Below are positions 39,176 to 52,992 of a stretch of DNA of 64,000 nucleotides, piece after piece (the first letter of the stretch is position 1; each line of letters opens with the position of its first letter). Position numbers and translations under genes: made by a program. The notes under the pieces are model-generated. The model ran no database searches, had not been told where the DNA came from, and saw only the letters and a list, made by a program, of their open reading frames with translations. The stretch lies in assembly GCF_006345805.1 (NCBI RefSeq), contig NC_043003.1, positions 108,686,001-108,750,000 on the forward strand, given 5' to 3'. The stretch comes from Octopus sinensis (Eukaryota).

Positions 39176-40864
39176 TGGATGTGTGTGTATCTTTTATCTT
39201 TTACTTGTTTCAGTCATTTCACTGTGGCCATGGTGGAGCGCTGCCTTGAAGGGTTTGAATTGAACAAATCAACTCCAGGACTTATATCAGACTCTTTTGC
39301 CAAACCACTAGGTTACAGGAATGAAAACACACCAACACTGGTTGTCAAGCTATGGAAGTGGATTTCAGTACAGTCGGCTGTGACTTGTAAATGGGTATTG
39401 CATGTATTACAAGTTAACATGTACCATGCTTTTTCTAATTGTTTTAGGTGTCTATGAGGTTGCATGCAGATACAGACACCTTCTTGGATCCTGTTTGCCT
39501 TGGCCCAGTGGGAAGTGTTCTTGCAAATTTGGAGTTTGTGAATAGCTGAGGTAAAACGTCTACAGTGGTAAGGTTTGAACTAATGGCCATATGGTAAAAA
39601 GTTGAACAACTTAATCACACAGCAATGTCTTATATAAATGAAAACAATTACAGTGAGGGTGCAGAAGAGAGGTATTCAGAAAATTACCTCTAATACAAAA
39701 TTCTAAAACAACAAAATACACATCCATCTATATACCTACACACATTTATATATACACACCAACACACACATATATAAATAAATAAATATATGCATGCATG
39801 TCTATCAATCTGTGTGTGTATGTGATTGAATAACTAATAAGAAGGTTGCAAATAGGCAACTAGAAGTCATGTGAAAAAGGATAAAAACCAAATTCTATAA
39901 GCTAATTTGAAATGCATGTTGTTAAGCAACTAATATATTAATACCATAAGCAATTTTGAGTATGCAGTTGGCTGGATTATTTGCTAACATTCACGTACAA
40001 ATGTCTTCATAGCCTTATAAAACAAAAACATTACTTCCATTATTATTATTACTATCATTATTGTTTTTACTACTACTACAAGGTTTAATTGCAATTACAG
40101 AATAGTCTTGAAATTGGAGAAAATTAAAAAGGTTTTTTTTTTTTTTACTAGAAACGTGGAAAAAATAAACCACAATAGACAGTCTTTAGCAAATCTTAGT
40201 GCAGCCGAAACGATCATTTTCTGTATGTATGTGTACATGCATATCTGTTTTTCTGTAATTTGGGATTCAAACAATTTCAGGCCACTTAGTTATTTATATA
40301 CCAGACTGGAAAAAGCGATCAAGCCATCAGTGGTTAAGCAGAGAGTTATTGAGGCAGGATTTTACAACTGAATGCTGCTCTTGTCAGCAATCCTTTCCTG
40401 GTTTTCAAGTAAAAAAAAAAGATATTCCAATGGTCTTTGAAAGCACAGAATGACCAGTCATAATGCCAACAGTATCACAATTTTGCTGAAGAGGTGAAAA
40501 GCATGGCATATCAGCATTTCTGAAACACTCGTCGTCGTCATCATCAGTGTTTAACATCCACTTTCCATGCTGGCATGTGTTGGACGGCTTAACTGAGGAC
40601 TGGTAAGCTAGAAGGCAGAATCAGGCTCCAATCTGATCTGGCAAGGTTTCTACAGCCGGATGCTCTTCCTAACTACTCTGAAAGTGTAGTGGGTGCTTTT
40701 TATGTGCTGCCGGGCATGAAGGCCAGTCAGGCAGTACTGGAATCGATCAGGCTTGAATAGTGCTTTTTACGTACCATTAGCACGGGAGCCAGTTAGGTGG
40801 TACTGGCAACAATACATGCTCGAATGGTGCTTTCTATGTGCCATGTTAATATTAAAATTACTAC

Positions 40865-41810
40865 TAAGGCAGTCAGCAGGCAGAATCATTAGCAAGCTGG
40901 GCAAAATGCTTAGCAGTATTTCATCTGTCTTTACATTCTGAGTTCAAATTCTGCCAAGGTGGACTTTGCCTTTCATCCTTTCAGTGCCAATAAAATAAGT
41001 AATAGTCAAGCACTGGGGTTGATGTAATCAATTTACCTTTCTCCCAAAACTGCTGGCCTTGTGCCAAAGTTTGAAATCAATAATATTAACATTATTACTA
41101 AGGTGGCAATGCTAGCATGTTGTACAAAATGCTTGGCGATAATTTGTCTGTCTTTATTTTCTAAGTTCAAATTCCACCGAGGTCGACTTTGCCTTTCATC
41201 CTTTCAAGGTTGATAAATTAAGTACAAGTGAAACACAGGGGGTCAATGTAATGAACTAGTTCCTTCCCCCAAGATTTCAGGCCTTGTCCCTATAAACAGA
41301 AAGGATTATTAACGTTACTACTACTATCATTTCTAAGAATTGGCTGGAATAATAATATGCTTGACAAAAAAAAGACATGAAATTGATTCCAACCTGATGT
41401 AATTGTAGAGAGAAAACCAAAAAGTACCACATTATGTGTCTTGTGGTGTTTAACGAAATTGCTTCACACTCAGAATTCAAATCTCAATAGGCTGAAATTC
41501 ACAATTCACTCTTCTGAATCTGTTGGGATCAATCTCATCTCACTTTATTCCCCTTCCTGCTCAATATATTAGCTTAATGCCAAAAATATCAATCATTGAC
41601 ATTTAGTCAAAGCACTTCAAGTTCTCAGAACAATTTCATCTTGTCTTTATGTTCTGAGTTCAAATTCCACTAACGCTGACTTTGTCTTTCATCCTTTTTG
41701 TGTGTTAATAAAATAAGCACCAGTCAAGTATTGAGGACAATGTAATAGACCAGCTCCCCTTCCCTCAAATACTGCTGGCCCTGTGCCAAAATTTGAAACC
41801 ATTGTTGTTA
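40865..41810 (+). mobile_element. Cluster of head-to-tail SINE family B copies
   Basis: Core GAGTTCAAATTC...GACTTTG...TTTCATCCTT recurs near 40940, 41165 and 41660. Confidence 0.8.
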
Positions 41811-44800
41811 TGATAGTGGAAATGGTTTAGATAACAAAGCTCTAGACTAGAAATGTGACACTATCTAGAGTACACAGTACTCAGAGTTGAATCAATTAAC
41901 CGTACTCTCCTTCCTTTCTAGATGTTGCTTTTATTCTGAAAGAAATCACTATCATAATTATCATCATCATCATCATCATTGTTATTATTACCATAATTAT
42001 AACTGTCATTCTTCCAATATTTTTGTGGGCGTGTATACTGAGTGCATGAGCATCATGGATGTCTTAAATCACATCTCTTGGCGATTATTCATGCAGTAGT
42101 ATGAAGTAAATTGGTGTGATGAGAGTACTCTGGAATTGTTGTTACAATAAATAAGATGCAAACAGCTTCGCATAATAAAAGTTCAAAGCGATTAGGGGCC
42201 CACCCCTTCTAACTGTTAATTAGTACGACATCCAGACAAAGGTAAACATTTCTGTAAAGCAAATAAACAGCAATAAAAGTAACAGCATTTTTTGTCATTT
42301 TTAAACAAACATTATTAAGACATCATTATTAATTATTAATTATTAATTATTAATTATTATTATTATATTTTGGTCAGTCAGTCAAGTGGAACAAGCAATA
42401 AACTGAGCTACATGAAATGAAAAGAAAGATTATGAAGTAAAGGTAGTATCGATAGTGGTGGTCGTGTTATGAGAAATACAACAGAACAATTGAGGCATGG
42501 TTAAAGAATTATATGAAGTTAAGGACATCTGAACTGAAGAGAGAGAGAAGAGAGGGAGAAGAAGAAGGAGGAGAGAGAGAGAGAGAGAATGGAAGAGAGG
42601 GACAAAGAGAAGAGAGAATGTCAGAAAGGGAGAGAGGGACAACAGCAATAGAAAATGAAAGGAAAATGCAGTTTATAGTAGTTTCATTTCCATGAATCAA
42701 GGTTTTCTGGCTTCATTTAGAATCACTAAGATGTGAGATGAATGAGATCTCATTATGTGTATGTGTGGGTGGCTGTGAGCATGGACTCTTTCTCAATTGC
42801 TTAATCAGCATTCGAAAGGCAGATTTTTTGTTATTTTGCAACAATTTAGCAACTACAGGCATCTCCCTGTATTATGGAAGTGTTGTGTCCTGGCAAATGG
42901 AATTCTATAATGCACAACGTATTTTCCCCCATCGACTCTTGATATTCATGGACTTTGATCTAACATGGAAATTGATGGCAAAATAGGTTTTGAATTATGG
43001 AATTCCGTGTGGGGAATACAGGATCTTTTGGAGAGGTTTGCAACCTTTTTTGCCTTCTTGCATAGACCTAAATTGACCAAAGCCTAGAAGTGCAGTCATG
43101 GTTGTGCGGTTTAGAAATCTGCTTCACAACTATGTGACTTCAGGTTCATTTCCTCAGAGTGACACCTTTGGCAACTATTGATCAAAGCCTAGAGGGTGGA
43201 TCAGGTAGGGGAAAAAAAATAAAAGAAGCTTGTCATATATGTGCCTCTCTCTCTCTTTCTTTCTATGTGTGTGTGTGTGTATATACACACACATGGATGA
43301 GTAAGGGTATGAGGTAGTGAGCTGGCAGAATTGTTACCAGGTTGGACAAAATGTCTAACAGCATTTCTTCCAACTCTTTACATTTGGAGTTCAAATGCCA
43401 CCAAGGTTGATTCTGCCTTTCATCTTCTTGTCACTAACTCTTAGCTTTTCTTTTTTGTAAGAGAGCTTTTTATTTCACACAATTTCAAAGAGATGAAGTG
43501 AAAAGATGATTTAACAGATGTGGTAACCACCCCACACCTTTGAACTTGCAGCTTCCGAACAGTACAAATCGAAACGAACCCACAGACATACAGACATGAT
43601 GAGCTGCTTTCAGTTTCCATCTATGAAATTCACTCACAAGACTTCAGTCAGTCCAAACATATTGCAAAAGGTTCCACGCAGAGGTACTGAACCTAAAACC
43701 TCATGGATAGAAAGCAAACTTCTTCACCACACAGCCACGCTTGTGCGTGATATATGAGGCATTTTTTGGAAAGTGTCTTAATCCGTTGTTTGTTATTTGG
43801 CATAAGTAAGTTGGTAAAGGGCTGGGAATCAAACAGGAACACAGTCAATCTGCAGCAGGCACTCTTTCTTACAATTCACTGAAGCCAGACTAAGTGCTTT
43901 TATAACAGAATAATATGCTGATGGTAAAGTTAATAGAAACCGTACCACTAATAATGTATTGTGTCTACTAGTGCATGGCATATTGCTTCTCTCATTTGGA
44001 TTACATCCTGTTCACATACAAGAGATCAGAGCAGTGTTTTGAGTAGAGAAATTAAATTGGCAAACACCAAATGGATTACTGCAGATGACCACAGCCTGTC
44101 AGAAAACCAGTGAGTGACCACAAAGGTCACGGGTCTAGTAAAAGACTGGAGAGTTGAATCAACACCATTATCGACTCTACAAATATATTAGGTAAGATCC
44201 TTTAACGGGTTAAATGAATAAGGATGAAGAACCACTGGGGACACAGACATAAGACTATGATGCATGTCAACTAACTGCTGATAGTGAGACGATTCCAACT
44301 ATCAGCAGATGATATTCTTGAGGAAAATATTAAAAAAAAGAAAAATAAACAAATAAAACTAACCAACTTATCAATGTACATACTTTATCAACTTCACTGC
44401 TGACAAACAACTACTTGGGGAAAATAACTGATTAATAATTTCTTGAAAGTATCAATACTTTTAGAATATCTAAATTTCTACAACTGTTCAACTGATGGAA
44501 ATTGCATAGAAAACGAATGAGAATGTATTTATACACATTTTGGTATTATGCAATTTTTCTGTATTCTTTGACTACGTTACATACTTTACACATGGACTAA
44601 AGAATGTGCTAAGATAGATTGAAGGTTTAGCAGGACCCAAGACAAGGGGCAGGTTGGGAGAAAGTGCATAGTAGGGACAGTAGGCATTAGTGAGAAGGAA
44701 TGTGATAAGGGCTGAGATGAAGTGCTACCTCACATTATACATAGAGAGGAGATAAAATGATTTTTGGAAGAAAGTAAAAGGAAAAGTAGTTAGAGGGGAT

Positions 44801-45906
44801 TAATGAGAGTCAGAGTGACAAGGGCAGTGAGAAGGATTGGGCTGAAGGAGGGGCAATGCTGTTCTTATAAATGGGTGGGTAGAGTGGTATATGACTGACA
44901 GGTAAGATAATGATGAGAAGGACCAGCGCATATCCTCAAGAATAATATGTCCAATAGAATTTAAAAACAAGAGGGAAAGTCTATTAAATATGTTTAGAGT
45001 TTGACAAACATTATGTAAAACATTATTCAAAATAAACAAATAAAAAGCGTGGATGAGGGTGTGTGTTTATATATTAGGGGAAGAGAGAGAGAGAGATAAA
45101 AAAACAAAAACAAAGAGAGAGAGCACAAAATAAGTATACTTGCTAGGCTCTTTACTAATGCCAAAGATGCATTAATATAGAGCTACATGTAATAAATCAC
45201 AAGGAACATTTCAAACACTCACATCAATTCAAGTAGTGGGAAATAATTCTTATCACCAACGAGTCTAATATTCAGTTGAAATTTATTGCCTCTTGAGACC
45301 GAACTAGAGAAATGGTAGAGAAGAAGCTAAACCATTTTTATTTGTCTTATTATGCAACCCAAACATTTTGAGTTATCTGAATAAAATCTGAAGAACATTC
45401 CAAAAGTATCCAATTAACAAACGAGGAAATATACAACACAATAGATTTAACTATTTTATCCTTGAATCTAAATTATAATTACTAACAGGTTAAACCCATG
45501 GAACAGAATATAACCAACCAGGTAGTAATGATAGTATTAATTAATGATGTTGAAATATGCTGATAGATTCACATAAAATTGATGAAACTGAGATAAATTT
45601 GATATCCTCTCTGAGCTAACGAGTGGTGCTGGTGAGTTTTACAGCTAATAATCAAAGCTAATATATCAATCAACACGGCTGACTATGGCATATTTTAATT
45701 AATTTGGAATTATTATTTATGGAAGCCTGATTTGGCAAATTTTAAAGCTAAGAGGTTAAACAAGGTTTACTAACTTCCAATAAACCAAAATTTTGATTGA
45801 TGAACTGTGAACATCAGTGATGAGTTTTCATGCAGGTTAAAGGATCAATAAGCTGCCGAGTTAACACATGCACAGATTCCATGCCAACTTTAAAGAAATA
45901 TTATAC

Positions 45907-46289
45907 CTAGACCATTTAGAATGTACTATATGACGTTGAGGAGCATAAAATGTGGAACAAGGGCCTGGATTCTGTCTGTGAGGAGGTACTATGGTCATGG
46001 AAGTTGCAGGCTTGGGGTTTCCAAGAATTTGCTTAGATTTTAAGCTTTGAGGAATGGGGTGATTTGGAAGATGGTAAATATTTGACCTGGTTGGCGTCAC
46101 TGATCCTGCTCGGTTGGATGCCATCTGTGGACGGGGAGAGCTCCGACTGTCTGGAGCCATAGGTTCCATGCCTCTAACACGAGCAGGGTACCGATTATAT
46201 CCATCATCTAAATGTTCTTGTGGAAGCGAAGAAATTGAACTCCTGGCAGCTTGTGGTAATTCTGGAGGATTTATTACTTTTCTTGGAGC
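45907..46289 (-). CDS. Coding exon B (APRKVINPPELPQ...HIVHSKWSR), Pro/Ser/Arg-rich
   Basis: Acceptor attttctttttgcag|GCT is phase 0, matching the exon A donor. Candidate donor TCTAG|gtataa is phase 2, matching exon C. Without splicing the frame stops at 45861-45863, so the 3' boundary is less certain. Confidence 0.8.
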
Positions 46290-46315
46290 CTGCAAAAAGA
46301 AAATATAGTTTAGAA

Positions 46316-46352
<37 letters not shown>

Positions 46353-47446
46353 GTATGTGTGTGTATACGTACACACTTATATATATAAAATTTATATAAA
46401 TAATGGTTTAGTGTCTATGAGGCTGTTTACATTCCTCACTATAAACAGCAACTTAGTTGATATTCCTCTGACAATAAATCATTCAGTAGCTTCGGAATTT
46501 CAAATTTTTAATATATCCCCACAACTGGACATGTTTCCATGGAAGATTGGAAACAAAAGGTAAAGCTTGTATGGCAGCAACACACGTCTACAACTATCAT
46601 GTGATAACAAAACAAGGAGGCAAACACAGATACCCATACGGCTTTTGTCATCTCAGAGCTATGGTAGAAGACACTTGCTGAAGGTGCCAAGCAGTTGGAC
46701 TGAACTCTAAATCACATGGGTGGGAAGCAAAATCACACAGCCATGCTTGCAACTATTCAAGAAATATCTTCAAGTCTTCTTTTCTATTCTGTTCTTTTTA
46801 TCTCTCTTTTTGTGTTTCCCAGTTTACGGAATCTTGAGAAAGACGCAAGGTACATGAGCTTTGCAGACCCCTCCAAAACAAGCAAAACCAATGCCATTAA
46901 CATTCTTTGCGAACCATTGCAACTGAATATCTGCAGTGGAAGGCATGAGCAGCAAGTGTTCCAGAAAAACATTGTTTGGCGGAGCAAGAACTAGGCACAG
47001 TGGTTAGTGCTGGGAGGTGGGCACAACAAGGCTGATAAGAGCAAAAGAGATGTGTAGATTGTGATGAACCTGGAAGACAGTGAGCGGCAGAAATGTTAGC
47101 ACACCGGGTGAAATGCAAAGCAGTATTTTGTCTGTCTTTACGTTTTGAGTTCAAATTCCGCTGAGGTCGACTTTGCCTTTCATCCTTTTGGGATCGATAA
47201 ATTAAGTACCAGTTGCATACTGGGTCAATCTAATCGACTCCCTGCTCCCAAACATTCAGGCCTTGTGCCTAGAGTAGAAAGGGATTGTGATGTACTTGTG
47301 ATGAATAGACACAATATGCAAATAATTTCTGTGTCAACAACATTGTCGAATTGTTAGGTAACCTATTCACCTAACAAAATAAAATATAATTCAGTCAACC
47401 TTTTGTTTTTTGTTTCTTTTTTTTTTGGAGGAGGAAGGGTTATGTA

Positions 47447-47665
47447 CAAGGGTGGATGCTGAAAAGTTCCTGGCTTTTGGTAAAAGAAAATACAGGAAGA
47501 TCAGTCAATTATGCTTTTATTCAACATACTCCTCTCTCAGATTCACACACTAATTACAGGGGTCCTTCAGTTTTTCTAAGCCCTGTAAAAGGGCTTGGAA
47601 GGGTAGGTCTCCAACCAGGCCTTTTGCAATACCCTTAAAGCCAAGAACTGTTCATTGCCCCCTCA
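47447..47665. mobile_element. Tc1/mariner-type MITE
   Basis: Imperfect TIRs CAAGGGTGGATGCTGAAAAGTTCCTGGCTTT / AAAGCCAAGAACTGTTCATTGCCCCCTCA, with TA on both sides (47445-6, 47666-7). Confidence 0.75.
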
Positions 47666-47875
47666 TACATAAGTGAACCGAGATATATAACCCTAGTGTT
47701 TATCACATGAAGCATTTCTATAGTCATTGGCTATCTGAGGACTAAAAAGTGGGAAGCTTTGCTGGGCTACCAATCCAGTTATCTTAAAATCTGCAAAATA
47801 TCCATAGAATATGTATAATTACAAGTATCAAAGAATGGAGTTAGCAAATCATTGTGGTATATTGTTTACATATAC

Positions 47876-48270
47876 AGGCGCAGGAGTGGCTGTGTGGTAA
47901 GTAGCTTGCTTACCAACCATATGGTTCTGGGTTCAGTCCTACTGCATGGCAACTTGGGCAAGTGTCTTCTACTATAGCCTCGGGCCAACCAAAGCCTTGT
48001 GAGCGGACTTGGTAGATGGAAACTGAAAGAAGCCCATCGTGTTTGTGTGTGTATATATATATATATATATGCATATGTTTGTGGGTCTGTGCTTGTGCCC
48101 CCAACATCGCTTGACAACTAATGTTGGCGTGTTTATGTCCCCGTAACTTAGCGGTTTGGCAAAAGAGGCCAATAGAATAAGTACTAGGCTTACAAAGAAT
48201 AAGTCCTGGGATCGATTTGCTTGACTAAAGGCGGTGCTCCAGAATGGCTGCAGCCAAATGAGTGAAACAA
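47876..48270 (+). mobile_element. Full-length SINE family A
   Basis: AGGCGCAGGAGTGGCTGTGTGGTAAG head, GGTTCAGTCC B box, core, (TG)(TA) centre, tail GAAACAA. Confidence 0.92.
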
Positions 48271-48861
48271 ATTTTAAAAAAAATATATGTATTCGTGCGT
48301 GTGTGTGTGTGTAGGTGCTGGTACTATGTAAAAAGCACCCATTATATTTTGTAAAGTGGTTGGTGTTAGGAAGGGTGTCCAGGTATAGAAACCAAGCCAG
48401 AAAAGATGACTAGAGCCTGGTGCAGCCCACCACCTTGCTAGCTCCTGTCAAACCATCTAACCCAAAATGGAAAATGGACATTCACTGATGATGATATTCA
48501 CACACTCATAAATATATGTATATACTGAATTAGAGAGGCAGCTACAATAAAAAAGGGAGTCTACCAGCTGACCACCACCACCCATGTCCATCTAGCTGAT
48601 TACAGTAGTTCATAAAGAACAATTTAATAGATTGGACCATAATAATAACAACACTTGTCTGTTTTCTAAATTCTTTTTAAAACACTTCAATTTCCTTTGA
48701 ATAGAAAGACTATTTAGTTGCAATAATATGAAATAATTGGTGTCATTAATAGTACTATAAACAACACACAAAGTGTTTTGATATTGATTAGACATAACCC
48801 TATTGGTTATCATCAATGTTGACAATCATAATTGATTGTTTGCCTGTTTCTTCTCGCTTAT

Positions 48862-49205
48862 AATCATCATCATCATCATTTAATGTCCGCTTTCCATGCT
48901 AGCATGGGTTGGACGATTTTGACTGAGGGCTGGCGAGCTAGATGGCTGCACCAGGCTCCAATCTTGATCTGGCAGAGTTTCTACAGCTGGATGCCCTTCC
49001 TAACGCCAACCACTCCGAGAGTGTAGTGGGTGCTTTTTACGTACCACCAGCACGGGGGGGGGGGTCAGTCAGGTGGTACTGGCAATGACCTCGCTCGAAT
49101 CTTTTTACACGTGCCAGTGAAGCGACGTTGGTAACAATCAGGCTTGAATGATGCCCTTTTACGTGCCACAGGTACGGAAGCCAGTTGGCTGCTCTGGCAA
49201 CAATC
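48862..49205 (-). mobile_element. Repeat family C copy (well preserved)
   Basis: (CAT)n tail, core and repeated TTTTACGTGCCA motifs. Confidence 0.85.
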
Positions 49206-49291
49206 AACATGAAACCAGAATAAGCAAAAATATAACAACGCTGTTATGGTCAAGCAATTACGCATAAAACCTTAGTATTTTAACAACTAAA

Positions 49292-49503
49292 CCCTTTCGT
49301 TACTGGATTTATTTTGAGATGCTCTGTGTTTCTTTCAATTAACTTTAAATAGAACAAAGAATTTAGTAAAATAACTTAGTTATCATTAAGCTAGTTTTAG
49401 GAACATAAATTGTGACTAAGGTTTGGTGGAAGATTTTAATTCAAAACTTATGAAAACAAGACATTTGTACTTCAGAGCCAGAGCCGGGTTGGGAACGAAA
49501 GGG
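49292..49503. mobile_element. piggyBac-like MITE, family P3
   Basis: TIR CCCTTTCGTT / AACGAAAGGG with flanks TAAA / TTAA. Confidence 0.75.
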
Positions 49504-49799
49504 TTAAACTGGTTTTGCTCTTCTGGACATCTGTATTTTGCCTCATTATTAAGTTCCAGTTTTGTCCTTCCATTTCAGAATAAGCACTTTCACCAACAGA
49601 ATTATATTCTTGATGCAATCTTGATTTTAATTGCTCTTAACCTTTTCATTCCTCTCAACAATCATAAAATTGATATAATTTAGTTACATGATAGCATCTG
49701 AATTTGGAAAGCTGTTTAATCTCTCTAAGCATGACCACAGCATTAACGTAATAAAATGGAGCTAATCAAAAGAACAGAGCAATCTTGTAATAATTTTAA

Positions 49800-49974
49800 C
49801 CTTTTAGCATTCAGATTCCTCTGTCAAATGTAATTCCTATTTATTAACATTGTTTGCAATTATTCAGGCATTATTTCATAGCTTCAATATTTTGATGATG
49901 TGGTTGTTTATATTTTTAGAATGACATTGCAGGGTAGGTGTGAGAGATTGGATGTGGCTGATATGGTTAAAGGG
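49800..49974. mobile_element. piggyBac-like MITE, family P1, about 50 bp from the exon A donor
   Basis: TTAA|CCTTTTAGCATT ... TTAAAGGG|TTAA. Confidence 0.75.
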
Positions 49975-50024
49975 TTAAATAAAATCAACATAATGGGGGG
50001 AAAATAAAAGGTGAGCATTTTTAC

Positions 50025-50217
50025 CTGTGTTGGGGCAGCTCTTGCCTTGTATACACCAGCATTTTGGAGTGATAAGTGTGAAGAAGCAAGCGAATGGTCA
50101 CTGTATTGGTCAAAAGATGCATTGCTTGGCATATTTGCTAAGGTCGGAGCAACAGTAGCGTAATACTGGTCAGGGTTATCTAAGTGCGTGTCGGCTTCAT
50201 AACCATAATCCATTTCC
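50025..50217 (-). CDS. Coding exon A of an uncharacterised Pro/Tyr-rich protein (MDYGYEADTHLDNPDQYY...ARAAPTQ); probably contains the start codon at 50213
   Basis: Acceptor ttttattttcattacag|GGAAATGG and donor ACACAG|gtaaaa (phase 0). Frame is open and non-repetitive. ATG has a purine at -3 and G at +4. Confidence 0.85.
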
Positions 50218-52204
50218 CTGTAATGAAAATAAAAAGTATAAGATTTATAGTTTTATACATCAAAATAAATATCAAATGGAAATTGTAGTTGTGATACCTG
50301 TGCCGGTGGCATGTAAAAAGCACCATTCAAACGTGGCCGATGCCAGCGCCGCCTTGACTGGCTTCTGGGTCAGTAGCACGTAAAAAGCACCCACTACACT
50401 CATGGAGTGGTTGGCGTTAGGAAGGGCATCCAGCTGTAGAAACACTGCCAGATCAGACTGGAGGGTTTCCCAGACCCCGGTCGAACCGTACAATCCATGC
50501 TAGCATGGAAAACGGACATTAAACGATGATGGTGACAACATATGGCTCTTATAGCGATATTCGACGGCTCGTTAGGAGAGAATGGAAATTCATAAATTAC
50601 TGAGCAAATAAATTCGTAGAATGAAAGCAGAAATCCTGGTGAGGGGCCTATTATAAGATGAGCCAGTTGGTGCCAAGTAAAATGCTGCACTTGTGCTGGT
50701 GCTATGTAAATGCACTCATGCTGGTGGTACATAAAAAAATACCCAGCACACACTGTAAAATGGTTGGAGTTGAGAAGGGCATCCAGCCATAGAAACCATG
50801 CCAAAACAGACAATTGGAGTTTGGACAGCTCCAAGTCAAACTGTGCAACCCATGCCAGCATGGAAAACAGACATTAAAATGATGATCATCATTATCATAC
50901 TGCCCAAGAGTTTTTTAACTGTGCATGATGGCACAATGATAATTTTGGTATAAACTAGAAGTTTTAGTCAAGGATACCAAAGCAGAGTCAACAAGCTAGA
51001 TTGTAGAGAGCTAAACAATGAGAACACAATATGAATTACTGCATTAGAGCAGGACTTCATAAATTTCTAGTCTGCTTCAAGTATCTACAATGTAGTGATC
51101 ATGATACAATAATAATGTAATACATTATTTATTTGCAGTTATGAGAAAATGAATGGGTGACATTTAAAACAAAAGAAAAAAGATGCAAGTAACCCCCTCA
51201 CATGTTTGGCTTCCAAAACTGTATGAAAGTGTGTGTCCTTGTTTTTACATCACAGAATAGGTTATAAAATGTCTATTGATTGAATTCATGGGTAACGGTT
51301 TCAGTACAAGAAAAGACAAATATTTCAATAAGCTCAGAATCATCATCATTGTTTTAATGACCATTATTCTATGCTTGTAGATGGAATTCATTGAGGCAGT
51401 TTTTCCATGGTCAGATACCCTCCTTGCCACCAGTCCTCATCTATTTCCAAGCCAAGTAATATTCCCTTATGGCCAGACAGGTTTCCATTTAAGGCTACAA
51501 ACAAGGCCCCCTGTTGGTATGATAGTAATGCTCTCATTTATAACCATTCTGTCAGGTCAAGACAAGGAAACACAACACCTACATACACACGAGCGCATGC
51601 ACACACGCATGCATAGTACATTGGTCAGTTGGTCTTTTACAAGAGCCGAAGGCTAACTAAAGGCTTCTAAGTAGAAACAGAACAAAGACCATTGTTTGTG
51701 TGTGTATTTGTACTTCCCCATCTTGACGTTGTGCAATTGTTGTTAATGAGTGTCACCATCATAAAGGCCATGACATTTGTTTCCAATCTTCTGTGAAAAC
51801 ATCTGTCAAGGGAAAATAACAACTTGCTTGGAAACAAGTGAGGGTTGGCAACAACAAAGAGCATCTGGCCGCCAAAGAGAATCTACCTCAATGAATTTTG
51901 TCTGAGCCATGCAAGCATGGAAGAGTGAGTGTTAAATCATGATGACGATGACAATATGAGGATATAAACTCTCAAGACAATACATTTTTAATGATGCCCT
52001 TAATGTAAGTGTTAAGAACAAAATGGTAATTCACTTTATGACAATTAGTTCATTCAATACCAAATTTCTGCTGAAATACATTATTCTTCATCATCATCTT
52101 CATATCTATTTTCCATGCTAGTGACATTTGCTCACAACTATCACATGATGTCAAGGAAACAGACACAAATGTTTGTGTGCGTAGGTGTGTGTATATATAT
52201 TTAA

Positions 52205-52437
52205 AGGTGGCGAGCTGGCAGAAACGTTAGCGTGCTGGGCAAAATGCTTAGTAGTATTTCATCTGTCGTTATGTGCTGAGTTCACATTCCGCCGAGGTCG
52301 ACTTTGCCTTTCATCCTTTCGGGGTAGATAAATAAAGTACCAGTTTCGCACTGGGGTCGATGTAATTGACTTAATCCCTTTGTCTGTCCTTGTTTGTCAC
52401 CTCTATGTTTAGCTCCTTGTGGGCAGTAAAGAAATAT
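52205..52437 (+). mobile_element. Full-length SINE family B
   Basis: Near-identical to the reverse complement of 54021-54250. Confidence 0.92.
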
Positions 52438-52695
52438 ATATATACAATAAATCTCTGAGCGAGGTATAAACAGTAGCTGCAACACATCGTGAAGTATATT
52501 TGTCACCTAAGAACTGGCCACATTTAGGTGGTAAATATACTTCACAATATATATATATATATATATATATATCGTTTAGGCATTGCGATACTAATAACTT
52601 GGTGTAGAACTCAATATGCATATGCTTCAGAATGAAGTGTTAGTCAAGTACAGAATGGTAATAAGAAAATAAGAGAGAGGAATAAACGATGATCC

Positions 52696-52922
52696 TATGA
52701 ATTTCATTAGTTCACAGCTGTTGCAGAAACAGCTGTAAGCTAATGAAGTTCATATAAGGTGCAGTGGACTCATAGCTGAGAGCTTGAGTGATACCTTATG
52801 ACTAAATCAGAGCCTCGAATATGGAGCCTCCAATGAGGCTATAAAGTGTTATTCAAGCACCCAACTAACTATAAGTCCACTGCATCTTAGGATAAACAAC
52901 TGTAAGCTAATGAAGTTCATAA
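52696..52922. mobile_element. Fold-back element / MITE with nested inverted repeats
   Basis: A 27-bp arm occurs three times (52696-52722, inverted at 52728-52754 and 52896-52922); a second inverted repeat pairs 52755-52775 with 52869-52889. Confidence 0.75.
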
Positions 52923-52948
52923 GGTAATCATTTAATCCTTTGTCTTCT

Positions 52949-52992
<44 letters not shown>

